64,000 nucleotides of DNA, from the NCBI GenBank assembly GCA_009914755.4, contig CP068257.2, forward strand, positions 16,032,001 to 16,096,000, written 5' to 3'. The translations under genes and the position numbers were made by a program. Below the pieces are notes generated by a model. The model was not told the origin of the DNA and did no database searches. It was given only the letters and a program-made list of their open reading frames with translations. This DNA comes from the human T2T-CHM13v2.0 reference genome, Homo sapiens. The first letter of the stretch is position 1. Every line of letters begins with the position of its first letter. Below, in pieces: positions 53,812 to 64,000 of the stretch.

Positions 53812-54528
53812 TTAAATGTGGCAGTGAGAACCGCTTAGGAGATACATGTGGCCTTCTGAAATATGCTGAGTGGGGAACACTGAGCTGTATCACCGCTGTG
53901 CTATAGTTGATTCACTTATTTGGTCCTGTGGGTGCAATCTGCTGTTCTGAACACTAGCCCTTGTACCGTTGTCAATATCTTTGCTGGCCCAGTTCCCCGT
54001 TATGTATCGTGCTGGCTGAAATTTTATCTACCCTTTAAAGTTGATTCCAAATACTACCTGCTCCATAAAACCTTTCTTAAGTCCACCCCCTGCCAGCCTT
54101 GCATGTTGTTTTGAAGTTGGATAACATATTGCAGCAGGCAAAGTAGAAATAGCAATGGGCTGGGGACCACACCAAGCTCCAGTTCTGTGCAAACCAATAG
54201 CATCGGAGCATGTATACTCATAATCAGTTTTTGTTGAATGGCTGCATGACTGACTAAATGGATGAATCGGTTGCCTTGGACGAGAAACTTTTGGAGCCTT
54301 AATATCTTTATCTGTGGAATAAGGTCATTATAAAGAACTTCCTTTCCCTAAAAGTGGTCCTTGAAATACCTGGTTCTTGTTTAATGGTGAGTCTCATCCT
54401 TCTATCGGAACCAGAATCACTGGGGGCCTGAGAATCTGTGTTTAACATATACCGTTGGTGATCATTATACTCAATAAAATTGGAAAAGCATTGAACTGGT
54501 GGTTATCTGTTCAATCAAAGCAATGTGA

Positions 54529-54936
<408 letters not shown>

Positions 54937-55296
54937 TAGTGGGAAAAACCTGAAATACTCCAGGAATATTAGGATTGTCTCCAGGTAGAGTTAAGTTGGG
55001 GCAGAGTGAGAATGACACATATGAATATCATTAATTATTCACATATCCTTCCCCTTTACAGTCAATGATTATGCATTAATTACCTGGTCATCTGGCTAAG
55101 CCAAGCACTGAGGATAAAGGAATGATTTTTGCCATAACCTTTTTATGTAGATGTGGCCTTTATTATTATTCATCCTTGATGATGTCAGCCCCAGAACCAG
55201 GAACAGAAGCCCTCGGATGTAATTGAGTCCTATTTCCAAAATACTCCACTGTCCCACTGTCTTCTTACAGAGTCTGGAACTATGAATTGGAACTTC

Positions 55297-55435
55297 TTGC
55301 CTGCCTGCCTGCCTGCCTGCCTGCTTTCTTTCCTCCCTCCCTCCCTCCCTCCCTCCCTCCCTCCCTCCCTCCCTCCCTTCCTTCCTTCCTTCCTTCCTTC
55401 CTTCCTTCCTTCCTCCCTTTCTTTCTTTCTTTTTT
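55297..55435. repeat. compound tetranucleotide microsatellite (GCCT)6-(CCCT)12-(CCTT)9-(CTTT)3
   Basis: gcctgcctgcctgcctgcctgcctgctttctttcctccctccctccct...cttccttccttcctt...ctttctttcttt; pure polypyrimidine on the plus strand. Confidence 0.95.
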
Positions 55436-55436
55436 T

Positions 55437-55590
55437 CTGATGGGGTCTTGCTCTGTTGCCTAGGCTGGAGTGCAGTGGTGTGATCATAGCTCATTGTAGC
55501 CTTGACCTTCTGGGCTCAAGAGATCCTCCCAGCCCACCCTCCCAAGTAGCTAGAGCTATAGGTGCATGCCACCATACCAGCTAGCTACGT
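55437..55590 (-). mobile_element. Alu fragment (minus, right arm)
   Basis: ctgatggggtcttgctctgttgcctaggctggagtgcagtggtgtgatcatagctcattgtagccttgaccttctgggctcaagagatcctcccagcc..cccaagtagctagagctataggtgcatgccaccatacc. Confidence 0.8.
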
Positions 55591-56984
55591 ATTGTTTAAT
55601 TGGGATCTATGGATTCTGTTTTCCATAGGAACAACTCTCTGAATTTTATAAATGAGATCGGTGGGGAAGAATGAGATTTTCTTTATAGGGTTTTTTTTTT
55701 TTAAGCTATCTTTGCTGTAATGTACCAAATCTAAGGGAGGATTACAAGTTATGTTACAGGTTTTTGGACTGAAAATCTTCTAAAGATAATAAGTCACCAG
55801 CCATGAAGACTTTATTCCTTCCCAAATCAGTATTCAACTTCAGACGAATTTTCTAGTCATCAAAGAAAGAGTGGACTTGCTGTGTTTCTGATTAATTTTC
55901 AGTGGCTTTCTTGTTAGAAAAACTAGCTTCTATTTCTGACTGTATCACTGAGCCACCGTGTGACCTTAAGTATGTTAAAACGCTTTGGGATATCTTGGTT
56001 TCACATTCTGTAAAGTGGAGATAAAACATATTGCATACATCTTTCAGAAACAACATGAGGATTAATGAGATAATGTTATTAGGCATATTAAAGTCACTCA
56101 ACTTTTTTCATACTTAGATTTCTAAATCATTTCCTAATACTAAAATAGGGTCAGGTATTAAAATAGAAAGCAAACGACTATGGAGGATTAAGATTATAGT
56201 GAGCTGTCATAGTTATTTCCCAAAAAGAATGAACAGATGACAAATAGGATTATGAAGCTTCTATATATAAATCCTATATATAAATCTTTCATTTTACTTT
56301 AATTCTATGTTTCACTAATACTTTGGAAGAGAGAATCTTTTAGAGTTCAAGGAATCTTGATCCATATGCCAGGCTGTCTGCTTAATTTAAAAATTACCGA
56401 AAGGAACTAAAACCTTACATTGTCAATAATAATTTGCTTTACTGGGTAATGAGGGTGTTATCCCTAAGCAAGCATTCAGCCCAGAGCCCAGCCGCTGGTA
56501 GAGTGTTATCTCTGGGACAACTCAGTCCTTGCTGGAGGAAACCCATGAACCAAAATTCAGAGGGGCTATCCATCACTGCTGGCCCATCCATCATGCTGTT
56601 GCTCCACCTTGAACAGGGAATTTGCCTGCCATGAATTTCATCATTGGCTGTATTTCCTAAGTCGAGGCTGGTAATCAGACAGGGTCACCCTGCAATCCCT
56701 TCTGGTGAGTGAGGCATCACGCGGCTGCATTTCTCTTCTGGATTGATGGCATTTCCCAGCATCTGGAGGTTTTAAAGGTATGAAAAGCAGCTTAGAAAAG
56801 GCCAAGGGAGCAGCTCTGCTAGCACATACGTGGACACAAACAATAGGAATTGGAGATTGGGTGGGAGGAGAGGGGCTGGAGGGTGGAAAAAAGAGGGAAG
56901 AGGAAAAGCAGAAAATAAAAAGAAAAAATATAAGTCAGGTGGGAGGAAGGAGATCACAGAATTCTACATAAAAGTAGGGATAAA

Positions 56985-57351
<367 letters not shown>

Positions 57352-57518
57352 TTACGTTTATATTTACTGAGATGATAGGTTTGGGAGGTGGCAAGTCGAC
57401 CTGTACCTATTTTCTCAAGAGTGTTTCATTTTCAAGCTGTTTACTTATATGCACCCCATTGGAGCCTTTCCATAAGATAGGCCAATATTATCCCTTTTTC
57501 ATATGTTAAAATAAAAGA

Positions 57519-58250
<732 letters not shown>

Positions 58251-59088
58251 GATCCAGCTAAGACTCTGGGAGGAGCCCTAAGAATGTGATTACATCATCA
58301 CATATTGTTGTAAACTTTACAAGAGAAACTACAATCTTCAGACTGGTGCAATCTCTTTCCTTTCTGACTTCCCCTTCATCATGGTTCACCTCATGCTGGG
58401 TGACATTGGTCATTTTTGGCAATTGGCTGAGGGAAGTTGAGTTGCGGATGCATTTAGACAGAGCAGAATACATTTGGGGGCTTCTGGTCACTTCCATGTA
58501 TGGTTAAGTTGTGGCTAGTTGTTCCGAGGTGGGAGTAATTCCCAGATGTGTCTCATGGAATCTGGTTCTGTTAGCAGAAGAGAAAGAAAGCTTGGAATGG
58601 AGGGCATTAGAAACTAGTTTGGGGAAAATTTTTCCGGTCATCAAATGTGCAAAATTGCAAGCAAAGAATTCGCTTGTTTTTGAAGCCTCATTAAAGTGGA
58701 GCTTCCCTTTTGCAGCACATTGTAATGATAAGTACCCCATTTTTCCTTTTTTGATGGGGATCCGACAAAACAGAATTTACTATAATTCTTGTGTTTATAA
58801 AGTAAAACGAGTCATAGAAATACAAGTACATCTAAATGTGAAGTTACTTTTTAAAAATAAATCCCAACTATAATATTAGAAAAGCAATTTCAGTCAGTCA
58901 TATTAAAACTAATTTTTTAACTCCTTTTAGAAAATATGAAACTGTTACCATATAAATATATCAATGAATATGTAGCAAAAAATGTAACGTGAAAAGTATT
59001 ATGTCAGGCAGAATAAAAACATCTTATTTTTCAGAATTTCTTGGTATCTGTGGCTTTTATCAACTTCTAACTTTTTTTATTTTTAAAT

Positions 59089-59091
59089 ATT

Positions 59092-59134
<43 letters not shown>

Positions 59135-59135
59135 T
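59089..59135. repeat. (TTTA)n microsatellite, about 11 units
   Basis: tttatttatttatttattta... run. Confidence 0.95.
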
Positions 59136-59138
59136 CTT

Positions 59139-59613
<475 letters not shown>

Positions 59614-61264
59614 AATTTTTTAATTGCTCTGATTTTATTTATCATATAAGTATTTCCCTTTATACTTAATTTTAGATTAATAATTGGGTATTTTTCTTAA
59701 AGAGGGTCTCTAAATCATGTATAATCTTTAGTTCCTACAAAACCTGGATTGAATCTTGAAAAGATCAGATAGATAGTTTTTCTAAGGTCACATAGCAATT
59801 GACAAAAGAAGCCAACAGAGCACAGAGCAGCTGTGCTATCTTTGGCCTTCTGCCCAGTACCTTAGTCTTTCTCTAGCTTTAAGAGAAATGTTAAACACAG
59901 TGCCACACTGGATATGCATTCCAGAAGGTATTCACGTATTTAAATTGATGTCACAAAATACATGAACATCAGAAGGATGTGACCCAGAAAGAAATGATTA
60001 ATAATTCAATATTTTTATTAAACGGCAAATTTAGTTATAGGAAGATATTAAGTAAAATAAAAAATTAGCAGCATTTACTGTTTGTTTTACTTTTATATGT
60101 AGATGAGTAGAGTACAAATGTATATTCAACAGGCAAGAGGCATAGCATCAAACCTGAAATCAGAAGGTCTTGATTAAAGCCTCCCTTCCACTTCTAAGAT
60201 GCCTGGAAATATGGTAGATTTGGTTAATTGTCCCCATAATTATCTCTCTTTTTCTTCTTGAGTTGTAGCCCCCCAGCTGGACTACATTCCCCAGCCTTCT
60301 CTAGGTTAGGAGTAGCCATGTGGCTAAGTTTGGTTAATGGGTTGCAAATTAAAATGATGTAGGCAATTGTGTACAATGTCCTTAACTATAAGACCCTGCT
60401 TCCTAATCTTTCCTCTTCTCTCTGGGCTGGCGTGCAGATGTGGTGGATCCTGTTTTTGCCTAATGACATGGGCAAACCCAAGAACAGCAAGATAGCAGCC
60501 TGGGCCCTCAATTTCATGACATCTTTTGACTGTTTCAGGAGAGAAAAATAAGGAATAATTTTTTTTGAGCTATTGCATTTTCGAAATCTTCTTGTAAAAA
60601 TAGCTTAGCTTGTGCCCTAACCAACACAGTGAAATATGGGCAAGTCACCACCTCTCAAAACTTCCATTTCCTCACGTGTAAAATAAGGGCGATAATATCA
60701 AGCCTGGCAACACATGTAGCTGTTCTGAGTATTAAATAAAATCATATAGATCAGAGACGAATACATTGCGTAATATAAAATGTTATTTTATATTTTAGTA
60801 TTGCAGCTGCCAGAGGGGAGAAAATAAGATGAAGGTTTTATTTCTTATTTTGTACATAAACATTTTATTTTAGAATAAGCTAAGATTAATAGAGAATTAG
60901 CAAAATAAGTAGTGAGTTTCTGTATACCCCTCAATCAGTTTCTCTAATGTTAACCATTTACATTCTCATGACAGATTTGTCAAAACTAAAACCCAGCATT
61001 GGTACTTTACTACGCTTAGGTTATTTGGATGTCACTAGTTTTTCCATGAATGTCCTTTTTCTCTTCCAGGATCCAATGCAGGAGATAATATTGCATTTGT
61101 TGCCATTTCTTTTAGTCTGTTCTGTTCCGAATACTTTCTCAGTCTTTCTTTATTTGTCATGATCTTGACAAATTCAGGGAGTACTGGCCAGGTATTTTGT
61201 AGAAGGTTTCTCTGTTTGAGTTTGTGTTTTCATGATTAGATTGGGGTGATCGAGGTGGGGGGAT

Positions 61265-61652
61265 GTGTATTAGTCTGTTCTCACATTGCTGTAAAGAAAT
61301 ACCTGAGACTGGGTAATTTATAAAGAAAAGAGGTTTAATTGGCTCGTGGTTCTGCAGACCGTCTGGGAAGCATGGCAGCTTCTGCTTCTGGGGAGGCTTC
61401 TGGAAGATTCCTGTCATGGCAGAAGGCAAAGGGGAGCCAGCGCTTCACATGGCCAGAGCAGGAGGAAGAGAGAGGAGGGAGGTGCCACACACTTTTCAAC
61501 AAGCAGATCTCACTATTGCAATGACAGCTCCAAGGGGAATGGCGATAAACCATGAGAAACTGCCCCCATGAGCTAATCACCTCTCACCAGGCCCCACCTC
61601 CAGCATTGGGGATTACATTTCAACATGAGGTTTGGACGGGGACACAGTTCCA
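61265..61652 (-). mobile_element. MaLR LTR (THE1/MST-type, minus), diverged
   Basis: tgtattagtctgttctcacattgctgtaaagaaatacctgagactgggtaatttataaagaaaagaggtttaattggctc..ggaggcttctggaagattcctgtcatggcagaaggcaaagg ... ccacacacttttcaacaagcagatctcac ... gggacacagttccaacccatac. Confidence 0.8.
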
Positions 61653-62837
61653 ACCCATACTGGGGGAGGATTTTATTTTTAATGAAAAGGGTAATTCGGA
61701 ATAAAAATGCAGTGTGTGTGAGAGAATAAACCTCGTTTTTCAATTTGATTGCCTTATCAACTCTAATTGCTGTTCTAGGTAGTGTGCCCCTCTTGTAGAG
61801 TAGAATTGCTTACTCAAGTTCCATGAGGTACCTTTGAGAATCACCACAATGCATTCAGCCTCCTGTTTTTGTCCTGGTACCTCTGGAGAAGACTGAGCTG
61901 CTCTCTGCTGCTTCCTTGTCACAGTCATTCTGGAAAGATGTCTAAAAAGCACTGGGTTGTGAATCTGGAACTTGATAACAGGTAGACCAGTGTCTAGTCC
62001 AGTTGAACAGAAAAGAGTATATTTTAGAAAAACTGTCCATTGACAGCTTCGTACCACAGTGAACTGATCAGCAAATCCTCAACACATTGGGACGGTTTTA
62101 TTGTTATTGTTTTGTTTTTTTTAGAGTGAGGGAGGGAGGTTAGAAGGAAGGGCGAGAGGGAAAGAGGAACAGAGGACAATTAAAGCAAATGTGAATTATA
62201 GATGAGAAAAGAGATGGGACTTGGTGAATTTAGAATCTTAAGGAAAACTCTAGGTGAAGAGGGAGACTAAAATCTTTTCTTGGATGCTGACCTATAGTTT
62301 GACTCCCCAGATACAATAAGGAGAAAGCAGTATTTTGATTGGGACAGGAATTAACCTATTTCTTTCTATATTTACTTTTCAAGTTGAGCAAGATCTGGGA
62401 AAGGGCCTGCTAGCATATTTTGTTTTTACTATTTCAAACAAAGATATCCATCTTGAATGGCATTAGACTTTCAAAAAAATTTAGTGTGTTATTTCTTTCT
62501 GGCTATCCAAGGTCTTGATTATACAAAATTCCCATCAGAACACCCACACACTCTCTCTCTCTCTCTCCTATACTTAAGAAAAAAATCTAAATAGAGAAGA
62601 CTATGACTGAAGAGAGCTTAATTTTGATTAAATTTCGGGGTCCATTCTTTCAAGAGCTCTTTCAGCTAAATGCTCAAATCCAATCTGTGGGTAGCTCTCA
62701 GTATCTGTCTTTCTTTGAAGGTCCGGCTCTGCAAATCTTGTCCTGGCCTCCAAAGACAACATCTCAGAGGCCACTTGGTGTATTTCAACTTAATCTTTGT
62801 CCACACACTCCTTTCTCTACACTTGGCTTTCCTCTGA

Positions 62838-63241
<404 letters not shown>

Positions 63242-64000
63242 TGAACCTTCTTAAATGCATGTCTGTTCCATCCATTTCTTTCTATCTCTATTGGCAGGGT
63301 CTGGTACAAGCCACTACTGCTTTTCTCCTGGACTAATTCATAATCTCCAACAAAGCTAGAGTGTTATTTCTGAGACATAATTCTCTTTGTATCAGTTCTA
63401 CATGCTTTAAGCTTTTCATTGGCTTCATTTTTCTTTCCTTGAGGGCAGTCAAAATTCTGGAGAAAATTGCTGATAATAGATGTAGCCCTGTTAGATCTGG
63501 TTCACCCTTATTTTCCCGGTCAGAGCTCGTTGCATTCCCTCCTGCTGTCCTTATTCGCCATCTCTCCAGCTGCTTTTCCCCCTTGTCCTTCCCATCTCTC
63601 TCCACCACTGACACTGTAGTCACTCGTTTTAGTCCCTGGAGGATTCCCTGGTTTTGCTTTCTCTTCTCAAGGCTTTCAGTCAACACTCTCCAAATCCCCC
63701 TCCTTTTCCTCCTTTAGGATACTATGCTCTCGTTCAACCCCCAGGAAAATCTTCCTGACCTCCTCTTCTACTAATTTAGGTTGGTTTTCTCCACTGTGTG
63801 TCCATAGAACTCTAACTTTCCCTTTAGTAAATCATCCTTTTTTGTGATTGTTCATGCGCTTGTTTGTATTTCTCTTGGTATTTAACTCCTTGTTAAATAG
63901 TTTGTAAATAAATTTCTTAACCATTTCAAAGATGTACACATCCTAGAACCTCTCATGAACCACATTACAGAGGAACAGAAGATTCATTTGAGTTATGAAA

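Overview
This window is hominoid, almost certainly human, nuclear DNA. It is an AT-rich, LINE-rich intergenic or deep-intronic stretch in which well over half the bases are recognisable transposable elements. It is not prokaryotic: there are no operons, no CRISPR arrays, and none of the six-frame ORFs looks like a host gene. The longer ORFs are retrotransposon remnants (L1 ORF1/ORF2) or artefactual frames through GC-rich tandem repeats. I can support about 30 Alu elements or fragments, all with the canonical ggccgggcgcggtggctcacgcctgtaatccc head or a poly-T head on the minus strand, many with target-site duplications. There are five L1 elements or fragments: a structurally full-length minus-strand copy of about 6.8 kb, a plus-strand 5'UTR-ORF1-ORF2(EN) copy, an older plus-strand ORF2-to-3'end copy that hosts four nested insertions, and two ancient L1M-type pieces. 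There is one SVA composite retrotransposon of about 2.9 kb with a 16-bp TSD and a 2.2-kb VNTR. There are solo LTRs of HERV-K(HML-2) LTR5 type, HERV-H LTR7 type, a probable HERV9 LTR12 type, and four MaLR (THE1/MST-type) LTRs, one with internal sequence. Also present are a MER1-type hAT element, Alu monomers, three copies of a repeat family I cannot name, and several micro- and minisatellites. I find no evidence of a new biological system. What deserves a second look is TE biology: a candidate human-specific SVA_F1 (MAST2 5'-transduction) element, an LTR7-type LTR whose U3 holds about 14 tandem GC-box-containing 32-bp units, an LTR5 solo LTR inserted inside an Alu with a clean 6-bp TSD, a four-layer nested insertion stack, and an odd head-to-head L1 junction. 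Coordinates of repeat boundaries are from manual reading and may be off by a few bases. Family assignments are from memory of consensus sequences and were not run through RepeatMasker or Dfam.
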